DNA of 64,000 nucleotides from a virus, in IMG/VR virus record IMGVR_UViG_3300020732_000008, positions 1-64,000 of that record. One strand, 5' to 3'. Shown piece after piece: positions 8,657-17,334 of this stretch. The position numbers and the translations under genes are program-made. A model generated the notes under the pieces. It had not been told where the DNA came from. It worked only from the letters and a program-made list of their open reading frames with translations, and did not search any database. Within the stretch, counting starts at the first letter, position 1; the number at the start of each line of letters is the position of its first letter.

Positions 8657-9151
8657 TTATTCTTCCATTTCCATTGGTCTATTGGCCTGTGTTTCTTTTT
8701 GATGAATCTTAGTCCAGGAATCTATCAATTCAATTGATAGATCTGTATGCCGATTCCAATCGATCCGTGGAGCTTGTAAAAGATCCCTAGACCGAAAGCT
8801 TTGTATTGCTGACTCTATCATATCACGACTGTACATACGCCACCCGGGCACTTTCTTGCCGTTAATTGTCATGGCCTTTAAGCGGTATGGAGCACGTGGG
8901 ATATACCCCTTACGCTCCCATAATCTCAAGGTGACAAGTGGACGACCTAGTGCTATAGACAGACTGCCTGCTGGGAATAACTCTACGGTATTACCATTAG
9001 GAAGTTTCTTTACCTGAACCTTTGACTCCCAGGTCTCTGTCTCTTTGACTGCTTTCTTGGGCTTGTCTAGATTCTTGACCTTGCGTTTAGATCCAGGATA
9101 GTACTGATCCAGCTTACCAAACATCTCATCAATCGGGTCGTTGTTGGCCAT
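8657..9151 (-). CDS. MerR-like HTH DNA-binding protein
   Basis: LS.ALGR...TLRLWERKGYIP...R.YS. Confidence 0.75.
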   Translation of the reverse strand: MANNDPIDEMFGKLDQYYPGSKRKVKNLDKPKKAVKETETWESKVQVKKLPNGNTVELFPAGSLSIALGRPLVTLRLWERKGYIPRAPYRLKAMTINGKKVPGWRMYSRDMIESAIQSFRSRDLLQAPRIDWNRHTDLSIELIDSWTKIHQKETQANRPMEMEE

Positions 9152-9569
9152 GCTGAATCTTCCATCTACGATTATGTTCTTTTCTAAGTTTCAAAAGTGC
9201 TTCTCTATGACCACTGTGCTGTCCAGATATCAACTCAGCAACGCTCTCCATTGTGTCGTCAAAAGACATTGTCGGCATCGATGCCCCAGAAGTTCCGGTA
9301 ACACCTGAAGGCCCTGTAACTCCAAGAGCTGGGTTAGGTCTTAGCTCTCCCAGTTTATCTAGGAAGATCTTAGAAATATCTCTAGATACAACACGAGAGT
9401 CATGCTCTTCTTGGATTACATCTTGTAGGTAGTTCTCTACAAGAGGTGCAAGTAAGTCAATGTACTCTTTAGCTGTCATATATCTAACACGAGCCCTTGG
9501 CATATTGTCATCTAAATCTTTTAGGGTTGTTTGCAAGCTTGCCTCTAGCGCAGAACTTAAAGAGTCCAT
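9129..9569 (-). CDS. hypothetical protein with a short Gly-X-Y segment
   Basis: 146-aa ORF containing GVTGPSGVTGTSGAS. Confidence 0.65.
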   Translation of the reverse strand: MDSLSSALEASLQTTLKDLDDNMPRARVRYMTAKEYIDLLAPLVENYLQDVIQEEHDSRVVSRDISKIFLDKLGELRPNPALGVTGPSGVTGTSGASMPTMSFDDTMESVAELISGQHSGHREALLKLRKEHNRRWKIQHGQQRPD

Positions 9570-9742
9570 TACTTACACCCCATACAGTATTGAGGAACAC
9601 GAAGGTTATCTTTATGGATGATAAAGATTACAGAGCATCTAGCACACCTAGCTAACCTTTCATCAGGTCCTAGAGTGTGGGGTAGGTGCCAATCAAGTGG
9701 CTCACCACGCAGTATTTTACGTAGTGACTTTAATGGATTCAC
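9569..9742 (-). CDS. small zinc-ribbon protein
   Basis: CARC...CMGC; probable GTG start overlapping the upstream TGA. Confidence 0.55.
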   Translation of the reverse strand: MNPLKSLRKILRGEPLDWHLPHTLGPDERLARCARCSVIFIIHKDNLRVPQYCMGCK

Positions 9743-10185
9743 TCTTTTGTGGGCAGTAATGCCCAGATAACATTCTGAGGCCACATTGCATCGATCTCCT
9801 CTTCAGAGATCTTGCCCTCATACAAAGCAGACATGACAGCATCTTCGTCTACCATGGGTACCATGGTTACGCAAGAGTCATACAGACCATGCTGCTTGAG
9901 GATAGATAGTGCTTCATCCATGTCGAGCTTACGTGTTACACGGCGTTGACGTACCATCTTAGAATAGCCATCGATTGTTACTGGCAATTCAAATACATAA
10001 TTACCCTTGTCATCTTCTTCACCATGAGCTTCAATGGCTTCCATGACTTCAGCCTTTATTGGGGCTTGGGATTTTGTGAGCTTATCGATCTGGACCTTAT
10101 AGCTAAGGAATTCACGGATCTTAGTAATGACTTCTGACTCATTTGATTCTCCAGGCTTACGGCCTGGGTCCATAACTTTTACCAT
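9739..10185 (-). CDS. hypothetical phage protein (coiled coil plus beta region; Gam-like appearance)
   Basis: 148-aa ORF with a strong AAGGAGGG RBS; first gene after a promoter. Confidence 0.7.
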   Translation of the reverse strand: MVKVMDPGRKPGESNESEVITKIREFLSYKVQIDKLTKSQAPIKAEVMEAIEAHGEEDDKGNYVFELPVTIDGYSKMVRQRRVTRKLDMDEALSILKQHGLYDSCVTMVPMVDEDAVMSALYEGKISEEEIDAMWPQNVIWALLPTKE

Positions 10186-10210
10186 AGTTACCCTCCTTAC
10201 AGGTACTCCT

Positions 10211-10238
10211 ACAGTAACACAAAACCCCCCGGTGTCAA
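10211..10238 (-). promoter_or_regulatory. SigA-type promoter
   Basis: TTGACA (10238-10233), 16-nt spacer ending in TG-T, then TACTGT (10216-10211). Confidence 0.7.
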
Positions 10239-10248
10239 AACCGAGGGG
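10221..10248 (-). terminator. intrinsic terminator overlapping the -35 box
   Basis: CCCCTCGGT-TTTGAC-ACCGGGGGG followed by TTTT, downstream of the RHH gene. Confidence 0.65.
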
Positions 10249-10277
10249 CTGAGTGGCAGGTGACTCTTGGTACTAGT

Positions 10278-10421
10278 CTACTGCTCCAAATAGTATTTAA
10301 GCGCCTTGATGATAACGTCTGTTACTGTGCGCTTCTCTGATGCGGCTTTAGCCTTTACTGCTTCCCAAAGCTCTGTGGATACCCGAATTGTACGCGTAGG
10401 TGTCTTGGGTGCATTTGGCAC
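10278..10421 (-). CDS. ribbon-helix-helix DNA-binding protein (47 aa, below ORF-track cutoff)
   Basis: Manual translation MPNAPKTPTRTIRVSTELWEAVKAKAASEKRTVTDVIIKALKYYLEQ; AGGAG RBS and GTG start. Confidence 0.85.
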   Translation of the reverse strand: MPNAPKTPTRTIRVSTELWEAVKAKAASEKRTVTDVIIKALKYYLEQ

Positions 10422-10431
10422 GGTATATCTC

Positions 10432-12009
10432 CTAAACGATTGAGGACTGCAAAAATGCTCTCAAGCTACCGGCCGTAAGGTTTACGCCCCCACGGTCGTT
10501 TATGCCCTCACCGTCTACGACGGCATTTGCTACAGCTGTCTTCTGTTCTAAGAGAGCGTGTTGACGCTCTTCAATAGAGTCTTTCATTAGAAGATCTTGT
10601 ATTACGATGTTCTTCCATGTGCTTGAGGCACGCTTTATTCTACCATTGCGTTGAACAGCTAACCCTGCATTCCAAGGTAAATCGTAATTAATTAAAAGAT
10701 TTGCTTGAGGTAGATCCACACCATAACCACCTGCATCGCTTGAGATAAATACACGGCAGTCCGGATAATTCTGAAAGAACAGCTTTGATTTCTCTTTTGC
10801 TCCTGCGTTCATTTGTCCAGTGTACTTAGTAGAGGTGTACTTAATGCTCTCTGCTAATAGATCAACCATACCCACGTATGATGTAAAGACAACAGCCTTA
10901 TTATCTGGATTGTCTGACAAGAAGTTCTCTAGGTACTCAATCAATACATCCAACTTCTCAGACTTAATATCTTTATCAAGTAACCCCAGGTCTTTTAAAT
11001 CCGCAGCATAGCCGGAACCAACACCAGTCATAGGATTATAGATATCCGCTGAATGCTTTAATAGCTTTGGGTCGTCACACAACATGCGCAGTGCGGTTAG
11101 CTTAGACATGATGCGACCACGCAACTCATCCATTATTCCACCCTGATCGCTGTGATAGTGAGAGAACAGGTCAAAGCTTCCACCAAAGGAATCCATAGCA
11201 TCATCTAAATCAGCGCTCAGTTGATCTGCAATGTGTCGGTACAGTTTACGTGAGGCAGCATTAAATGGAACAAGAATAGGTTCGGCCTTAATAGCATCGG
11301 GCAAGAATGGAGCAACGTCTGGATCTTCTTGACGCTTACGAACACAGGCAGTAGCTAAGGTCTTGTTTAATAAGGGTAGGTTTCTATACCTATCTACCCC
11401 ACCAAACTGGTTACGTACGATAAAGGTTTTATCAAAGATATCAAACCGACCCAGGACGCTGGCATCTACGAACTGCATAATGCTGAAGAGCTCTTCAGGT
11501 TTACCATTCTCTACTGGGGTGCCGGTCAGAGCGTACTTGTACTTACTAGTTAGCTTCTTGACATGCTTTGATCGCTTTGACTTAAAGGATTTGATTGCGG
11601 TTGCTTCGTCAATAACAACAAAGGATCTGTTAACAAGTTCAAGGTAAGCCCAGTCATTAACGACCTGTTCGTAATTGAGGATAACGTAGTCAACCCCAGA
11701 TGTTTGCCAGTCAATTGCTTCGACGTATTGGCCTGATCGTTTGTTTTTGGATCCATCAATGACCAGAGTGTTTGCAGTGCCACTTGTAAATTTCTCAATC
11801 TGTGCTGCCCATTGGTACTTCAATGAGGATAGACAAATTATAAGTCCTGGACCCTCAATTTTACCCTCATCTCTGAGGCGTTCTATGGCAGCGATAGTTA
11901 GGACTGTCTTACCTAGACCAAGGTCATAGGCTACGAGCATCTTCTTTCTTTCAACCATGCGGTCTACCGCCTCTGGTTGATAAGGCAGAAGAGTGCCTGT
12001 AAAAGTCAT
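10432..12009 (-). CDS. SNF2-like superfamily 2 helicase
   Basis: L.PYQ, DLGLGKT, DEAT, LTGTP.EN, GVDL, PWN, QRNGRI.R. Confidence 0.93.
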   Translation of the reverse strand: MTFTGTLLPYQPEAVDRMVERKKMLVAYDLGLGKTVLTIAAIERLRDEGKIEGPGLIICLSSLKYQWAAQIEKFTSGTANTLVIDGSKNKRSGQYVEAIDWQTSGVDYVILNYEQVVNDWAYLELVNRSFVVIDEATAIKSFKSKRSKHVKKLTSKYKYALTGTPVENGKPEELFSIMQFVDASVLGRFDIFDKTFIVRNQFGGVDRYRNLPLLNKTLATACVRKRQEDPDVAPFLPDAIKAEPILVPFNAASRKLYRHIADQLSADLDDAMDSFGGSFDLFSHYHSDQGGIMDELRGRIMSKLTALRMLCDDPKLLKHSADIYNPMTGVGSGYAADLKDLGLLDKDIKSEKLDVLIEYLENFLSDNPDNKAVVFTSYVGMVDLLAESIKYTSTKYTGQMNAGAKEKSKLFFQNYPDCRVFISSDAGGYGVDLPQANLLINYDLPWNAGLAVQRNGRIKRASSTWKNIVIQDLLMKDSIEERQHALLEQKTAVANAVVDGEGINDRGGVNLTAGSLRAFLQSSIV

Positions 12010-12028
12010 TAGCTATCCTTTCTACAGA

Positions 12029-12310
12029 TTAATCATAAGAATATTCTTCTTCTTTGTCTACTATTTTTGATGATCTAGGTGGGCAACCATTTCGGTTGTG
12101 ATAATCCTGAAAGCCTGAGAACGAACCACTAGGTATGCCGGCATGAAGTTCTTCATCCCAAGGCATATAGGCGCTCGCTACAAAGTGACAATGACCGCAG
12201 ATCTTGACCAGGTAGTACCCAGTCATATCTACATTGTCTCTGTATCCTTGAATGAGTTTACTCTTGCCCCAACACCAGCAATGATTGCACTTTGTGTAGT
12301 TACCAGCCAC
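12029..12310 (-). CDS. hypothetical Cys/His-rich protein
   Basis: CNHCWC and CGHCH; ORF track 12029-12349, probable GTG start at 12310. Confidence 0.55.
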   Translation of the reverse strand: MAGNYTKCNHCWCWGKSKLIQGYRDNVDMTGYYLVKICGHCHFVASAYMPWDEELHAGIPSGSFSGFQDYHNRNGCPPRSSKIVDKEEEYSYD

Positions 12311-12647
12311 GACCTGTTCCCTCACAGAATGGGCATATGGCAGGTTCAAATGCCAGTATACCTTCTTCTAAAGAACAGAGAACAGCGGCAACTTCATCCC
12401 CCAAGATACCGCTAGATACTTGGTCCCTCTCTAAGAACTCATCTAGGTACATCCAACCACGGCCGTCGCACTCATAGCACTTAAAGAACTTACGAATACG
12501 ATATCTTTTCTCTATTCCTACAATGAGAACAAGATGGCGTACCTGAAGCACGGCCTCTTTAAATTTAGGTCTAATGCGTAGTACATAGCCTTTTACAAAG
12601 TCATGGTCTTTTATAAAGGTAATACCAAGAACGTTTACATCTATCAT
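12300..12647 (-). CDS. hypothetical protein with two CxxCxGxG motifs
   Basis: CYECDGRG and CPFCEGTG (DnaJ-type zinc half-sites). Confidence 0.65.
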   Translation of the reverse strand: MIDVNVLGITFIKDHDFVKGYVLRIRPKFKEAVLQVRHLVLIVGIEKRYRIRKFFKCYECDGRGWMYLDEFLERDQVSSGILGDEVAAVLCSLEEGILAFEPAICPFCEGTGRGW

Positions 12648-12793
12648 AGCTCACCCCTAATAAGCATTCTACGCTCGTCTGCTGTTAACATCTTAGATCT
12701 TGTTGGAAAAGAACTCGGGCTTTTACTAGCGGCTGTTTTAACACGAGCAGTAATGCTCTTGCCAGCACGTGGCTTCTTCTTTTTCTTACTCAT
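12644..12793 (-). CDS. small basic protein (49 aa)
   Basis: Manual translation MSKKKKKPRAGKS...GEL; ATGA overlaps at both ends. Confidence 0.6.
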   Translation of the reverse strand: MSKKKKKPRAGKSITARVKTAASKSPSSFPTRSKMLTADERRMLIRGEL

Positions 12794-12957
12794 TGTCCTC
12801 CCCAACCTCCACCCTTAAATTGAACACCGGGTAAACCGATTACTTTAGTCATCTTGTAGCCACAGTTAGGGCATGGGACTGAAGCCTCTTCGGTCATACC
12901 ATGAGAGACCTCTTTGGTGATATCACATTCAATACAGCTATAATCATAACGAGGCAT
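12790..12957 (-). CDS. FmdB-family zinc-ribbon protein (55 aa)
   Basis: MPRYDYSCIEC...CPNCG.KM.KVI....V.FKGGGW; AAGGAG RBS. Confidence 0.85.
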   Translation of the reverse strand: MPRYDYSCIECDITKEVSHGMTEEASVPCPNCGYKMTKVIGLPGVQFKGGGWGGQ

Positions 12958-13057
12958 GGAACATCTCCTTATGAACGTCTAGATATTCATTACTGACGGG
13001 TACGTTACAGATCGTACAGATCTTCCACAAATGGTTTTTAGGATTATCCTCATACAT
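12944..13057 (-). CDS. 37-aa C2H2-like micro-protein
   Basis: MYEDNPKNHLWKICTICNVPVSNEYLDVHKEMFHASL; AAGGA RBS. Confidence 0.5.
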   Translation of the reverse strand: MYEDNPKNHLWKICTICNVPVSNEYLDVHKEMFHASL

Positions 13058-13211
13058 TTTCAGTCCTTCGATTTCCACAGTTGTTACAGTAGGTATAAAT
13101 ATTTCCACTCCAGGGGCAAGTTACGCTCGTGGAGTCATCATAGGTATGACCATTAACCTTGCAATGGCGTCTAGCCTTGTACAAACGATAAGCAGTAATT
13201 AGCTTAGTCAA
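13050..13211 (-). CDS. 53-aa Cys/His zinc-binding protein
   Basis: TTG start overlapping the primase end; C...GH...CPW...CNNCG. Confidence 0.55.
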   Translation of the reverse strand: MTKLITAYRLYKARRHCKVNGHTYDDSTSVTCPWSGNIYTYCNNCGNRRTENV

Positions 13212-14145
13212 GAGCTTCCTCCCCCATCACACAGTGTTTGGCGTTATCAATGCCCCACTGTATATCAATTAGATCCATATCGCCAATATCTTTTACTTCT
13301 AGGTTTCCGTAGTTGAATATAGAGAACTCCATACCCTGTTCACGTAAAGCCTTGAATAGCAGCCGGGTAGATTCTTTGCCTGTGGCATCGTTATCTAAAG
13401 CCAGTATCAAGACATCTGCTTTACGCATAAGGGTCAGCTGTTCCTTACTTACTATGGCCCCCATGACAGCTACCCCACCGTCAATGCCAAGGCTTGATAG
13501 TCGAACAACGTCTAGTGGTGACTCTACCACCACCATGGTTCCACCTTCAAATTTATCGATGCTAAAGAGGGTGCTCGACTTTGTGATCCCTGGAGGACGG
13601 TTAAAGAACCGGCGGGTTAGCTCGCCCTTTTCTTGCCAGCCAAGAAGCTTTCCTGCCTCTGTACGGACTGGAAGGATCCAGGTAGAGTCTGAGTGTCTCC
13701 AAAGGATCTCGTGCTTCTTACAGGCTTCTAGGGTTAGCTTACGGTTACTGGCTGCCCACTCTGGAACGTCCTGGAATACCGAAAGGCGAGCATCGCTCAT
13801 GTCAACCAGTCTGGGGATAGGTTGGTAGCTGTTACGAGCTTCTTCCAAGGAAGCTGACAACCTATCCCAGTCAACCTCTACGTTCTCGTCTAGCCATTCC
13901 CTGGCCTTAGAGATGCTGTCTAGTTCTAGGACATCAGAGATTAGGCTTAATAAGTTGCCCTTGTAGCCACAGGAGAAACAGTTATGGGCTCCAGTAATTA
14001 TATGAATACCCCAAGAAGGGTTGCTGTCTTCTACACCCTTGATTGCTTTATGCATTGGGCATAGAGCCGTAATGTTGCTATTACGTTCTGTTCCCTCAAT
14101 ACCAAGGCGCAGTAGTACCCGCTCTACGTCACCAGCAGTAAACAT
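13204..14145 (-). CDS. DNA primase (zinc finger plus TOPRIM)
   Basis: CPMH...CFSCG zinc finger; VVESPLD and LALDNDATG TOPRIM motifs. Confidence 0.92.
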   Translation of the reverse strand: MFTAGDVERVLLRLGIEGTERNSNITALCPMHKAIKGVEDSNPSWGIHIITGAHNCFSCGYKGNLLSLISDVLELDSISKAREWLDENVEVDWDRLSASLEEARNSYQPIPRLVDMSDARLSVFQDVPEWAASNRKLTLEACKKHEILWRHSDSTWILPVRTEAGKLLGWQEKGELTRRFFNRPPGITKSSTLFSIDKFEGGTMVVVESPLDVVRLSSLGIDGGVAVMGAIVSKEQLTLMRKADVLILALDNDATGKESTRLLFKALREQGMEFSIFNYGNLEVKDIGDMDLIDIQWGIDNAKHCVMGEEALD

Positions 14146-14294
14146 TACTCTAGTTCCAATCCGATCTTTTTAGCAAGAGTATCGACTAGCTCTCTGCTTG
14201 CTGCATACATGACTCCTTGAGCTTGCATGATCTCAACAAGTCCTGCAAAGGATTTCTCTAGATCTTCAACTCGTTCTTCTAATGTCTTATCCAT
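14145..14294 (-). CDS. small coiled-coil protein (49 aa)
   Basis: Manual translation MDKTLEERVEDLEK...; TGATG and TAATG overlaps with neighbours. Confidence 0.65.
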   Translation of the reverse strand: MDKTLEERVEDLEKSFAGLVEIMQAQGVMYAASRELVDTLAKKIGLELE

Positions 14295-14521
14295 CATTCC
14301 CCCTTAATATATCCCGGCTTATCAACCGGGGTTGGAGCTGTAGCAAATGTTCCACAGATGGCACACTCCATCGGTAAAAGATACTGTGATATCTCATAGT
14401 CTTCAAATGAAACCTTTAGGTTCCAAAGATTTGATTCACACTTGGGACACTCATGACATATAGTGTTCTCATAGTCCATGGTCCCGGTGTAATCAGGCCG
14501 TAGCTCTCGTATTGATTTCAC
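14294..14521 (-). CDS. zinc-ribbon protein
   Basis: CPKC...CAICG...APTP. Confidence 0.75.
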   Translation of the reverse strand: MKSIRELRPDYTGTMDYENTICHECPKCESNLWNLKVSFEDYEISQYLLPMECAICGTFATAPTPVDKPGYIKGE

Positions 14522-14756
14522 TGGACCTCATCTTTCTACGTAGCTTTCGACGTTCTTCCGTGGTTGTTCCGCCCCAGATACCCTCTAAACGTTCGTCTAG
14601 AGCCAGGGTTAAACACTGTGACTGTACAGCACATGTTGAGCAGATACTTTTAGCAAGGAGACTCTGTATACGATCCTCTTCGTCTTCAGGAAAGAAGATG
14701 TCCGGATCTTTATCCGAACAAGCAGTGTTTCCATCAAACAGCGAAGGGGTTTCCAT
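14493..14756 (-). CDS. whiB: WhiB-family transcription factor
   Basis: C...DPDIFFP...AKSICSTC.V...C...GIWGG.T..ER; probable start METPS at 14756. Confidence 0.92.
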   Translation of the reverse strand: METPSLFDGNTACSDKDPDIFFPEDEEDRIQSLLAKSICSTCAVQSQCLTLALDERLEGIWGGTTTEERRKLRRKMRSSEINTRATA

Positions 14757-15981
14757 ATTCTTCAAAGCGTCCATTCTCCCAATCCCATAGTAGCTCTGCT
14801 TCTGCTGGTCCACTGTTACGACTTCTATCAATCCGAAGGATTCTAGAACTGTCGTCTTCTTCATCCTGGCGCTGTAGTGCTAGGACTACGTCTGAGTCTT
14901 GCTCAAACGAAGAAGAGTAACCGATGGCACTTGACGTAACTCGACCCTTGGTCATCTTGCTTGTGAGGACCTGGGTAGTCTGGATTACCGGTATGTTGTA
15001 CTTCTGAGCAATGCGCTTCATGCCCTGAGTAATGTGCTGGAGGTTGCTTGGACTACCACGACGTGTTTCACCACGGCTGGCTTCCTCATCCTCCATAAGA
15101 TAAACACCATCAACGAACAGTGCATCAGGACGATGCTTCTCTACCTTAGCAATAAGAGATGTTAGGTTCATTGCCTGGACGGAGTCAGTTAATAGAAACG
15201 GATGCATCTCTGAGTTTCTCTTAAGCCAAGCTTCATAGCGCTCTTCTTCATCAGGATTAAGAGCACCACGAATAAGTCTGCTTTGAGCGATGTGAGCACG
15301 CATAGAGTCATAACGATGCTGTTGCTCTATGTTAGTCATTTCAAAAGATTGGAACATAGGTACAAAGCCATCTTCATGGAGGTTAGCTGCTACCTGCAAA
15401 GCAAGAACAGATTTACCTGTCTTTGGTGGAGCAATGATAGTGACTAGCTGTCCACCCTGCAGCCCACCAGTTGCTAGGTCAATGGTGTTGAACCCACTGG
15501 CCATACCGATCAAGCCGTTAGGACGTAGCTTAATGTTTCTATAATCCTCAAGGCGTTGCTCTGTGTTGCTTGACAGGTTAACGTCATGGCTTTCAGAACC
15601 ACCGGTAAGGGCAACCTTATGTATACCCGAGGTAAGGATCTCTGTGATTACGTCATTGTCTGCTACCTCTTTAATGGAGGAACCAGCTGCTTGGACAGTA
15701 TCAATCAGGGTCTGTCGATTGCGATAAGCAATCAACTGATCCAGTAAGTAACTAACTGAGTCGTCTACTTTTAGAAGGCGGTAGGTAGGATAGTTATCTA
15801 GCAGAGTTACTGCTGTAGGCACTTCTCCATATTTTGAAAAGTGATTACGAATAAACTTCCATATTTGCTGGTTCTCTTCGACAAAGAACCAATCATCTTT
15901 TACACCACGTTCTAATAGGTAGCCGAGATCACGATCACGGATGACCTTAGAGATTAACCGTACTTCGTTGTCCGCTGCCAT
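14734..15981 (-). CDS. dnaB: DnaB-like replicative helicase
   Basis: SGF..ID..TGG, Walker A APPKTGKS, SFEM, VDG, EQDSD, RNS. Confidence 0.93.
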   Translation of the reverse strand: MAADNEVRLISKVIRDRDLGYLLERGVKDDWFFVEENQQIWKFIRNHFSKYGEVPTAVTLLDNYPTYRLLKVDDSVSYLLDQLIAYRNRQTLIDTVQAAGSSIKEVADNDVITEILTSGIHKVALTGGSESHDVNLSSNTEQRLEDYRNIKLRPNGLIGMASGFNTIDLATGGLQGGQLVTIIAPPKTGKSVLALQVAANLHEDGFVPMFQSFEMTNIEQQHRYDSMRAHIAQSRLIRGALNPDEEERYEAWLKRNSEMHPFLLTDSVQAMNLTSLIAKVEKHRPDALFVDGVYLMEDEEASRGETRRGSPSNLQHITQGMKRIAQKYNIPVIQTTQVLTSKMTKGRVTSSAIGYSSSFEQDSDVVLALQRQDEEDDSSRILRIDRSRNSGPAEAELLWDWENGRFEEYGNPFAV

Positions 15982-16386
15982 TTACACCCTCTCGATCTCC
16001 ATGTACCAATGCCCGTATGCTAATGATCTATCTGGTATATCAATTACATTTTTTACTTCTGGTCTATACGGGAGCTCTCCCACAAGATCGGAATAAGTTC
16101 TATATGCAGTTACGTAGTTAAACGGATTGGTACCTAGATTGTCAAGATCTTCTTCAATCTCTTTCATCTCTTTTTTGGTATACCCGAACCCTGCTAACTC
16201 TAAGCGATACTCATGCTTCTCTGCAAATCGCCAGAACCTGGCGAGCTTGACCCTGTCGTACTCTACTTCTTCAGTGTTCCTGACGATTCCAAGAACCCGA
16301 GTAATAGCAGGACGCCTACTAAGGATGCAGTCCAAAGTAACCACAATCCTCTGCGGTACTTCATTTGATATGTCCCCCCCTTGCAC
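15982..16386 (-). CDS. hypothetical protein in the replication operon
   Basis: 134-aa ORF packed between the SWIM gene and dnaB. Confidence 0.75.
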   Translation of the reverse strand: MQGGDISNEVPQRIVVTLDCILSRRPAITRVLGIVRNTEEVEYDRVKLARFWRFAEKHEYRLELAGFGYTKKEMKEIEEDLDNLGTNPFNYVTAYRTYSDLVGELPYRPEVKNVIDIPDRSLAYGHWYMEIERV

Positions 16387-16387
16387 T

Positions 16388-16672
16388 TTAAATAACCGTT
16401 ACTGTTCCCCAGTAAAGGAGTAGGTCACGAAAGGCTTCATGTGAGGCCTTAGCCTCTTCAATAAGATGCTTAGGTGTGTACTTAGAGATCTCTACAGGAA
16501 AGATGTCATCTTCCAGGCTGTCTAATACATAGCGAGTATGCTTGCAATTCTTACGGGTATTAAACCCATTGCAAGAGCAGCGCAGATCCTTTTCAGTTGA
16601 GGCCTGTACCTCATCTACGCCATCAAGAGATAAGAAAAACTTAATTGTTTTCCACTCGATCACTTTACTCAT
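16388..16672 (-). CDS. SWIM zinc-finger protein
   Basis: CSC-x8-CKH (CSCNGFNTRKNCKH). Confidence 0.8.
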   Translation of the reverse strand: MSKVIEWKTIKFFLSLDGVDEVQASTEKDLRCSCNGFNTRKNCKHTRYVLDSLEDDIFPVEISKYTPKHLIEEAKASHEAFRDLLLYWGTVTVI

Positions 16673-17334
16673 TTCCTTCTATCTCCCTCCAGAGAATTTA
16701 CATTCAAGTGCATGAATGCTTCATGAGCAAAACTATACATAGGTTCACCGTATATGTCACTCCAGCTTTCAATAGGAACGTTTGTCGTTACTATTGTTGG
16801 CAGGCCCTTATTAAAACGTGAACGCAGCATGGCATCAAGTGTTGACTCAGCCCAACCACTGCTAGTCCTGTATTCTTTTCCAAGATCATCTACAATGAGA
16901 AGCTTTATACTTTGGTCGTCTAATTCACCATACAAAGCCGCTGTTACATCGGTGTCATCTTCCCAACCATTCTTCTCAATTCTAAGAAGCTTTGGAAAGT
17001 CACCAAAGTAAACTGGACGTGATGCAATCTTATTTCCCCACAGACCCTGTGGAGCATGACGAATAATCTCTTGTGCAATTGTTGCAGCCAGTGTGGTCTT
17101 ACCATGTCCTGGCTTACCGATCATAAGCAGTCCAACACCACAGGTGTCTTTGCCTTCGGATTTAATTACTTCTCCATTTAGCAGAGCGTTCATCCAACCA
17201 ATAACGTCTTCGATGACCTCGCCTTCATACGGGTCTAGATCTGAAAGCTCTTTACCAATATGCTTCATGGGGAAGTCAGCATTCTTAATCTGACTACGCA
17301 AGCTATATGGGTGAAGTTCTGAGACGCTATACAT
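16669..17334 (-). CDS. DnaC/IstB-like AAA+ helicase loader
   Basis: GKPGHGKT, LLIVDDLGKE, R....LPTIVTTN. Confidence 0.9.
   Translation of the reverse strand: MYSVSELHPYSLRSQIKNADFPMKHIGKELSDLDPYEGEVIEDVIGWMNALLNGEVIKSEGKDTCGVGLLMIGKPGHGKTTLAATIAQEIIRHAPQGLWGNKIASRPVYFGDFPKLLRIEKNGWEDDTDVTAALYGELDDQSIKLLIVDDLGKEYRTSSGWAESTLDAMLRSRFNKGLPTIVTTNVPIESWSDIYGEPMYSFAHEAFMHLNVNSLEGDRRK

Noticed and set aside
3960-15981. Inteins or introns in recA, polA, helicases or primase
   Set aside because: Lengths are normal, motifs are contiguous, and no splice-junction or homing-endonuclease motifs were seen.
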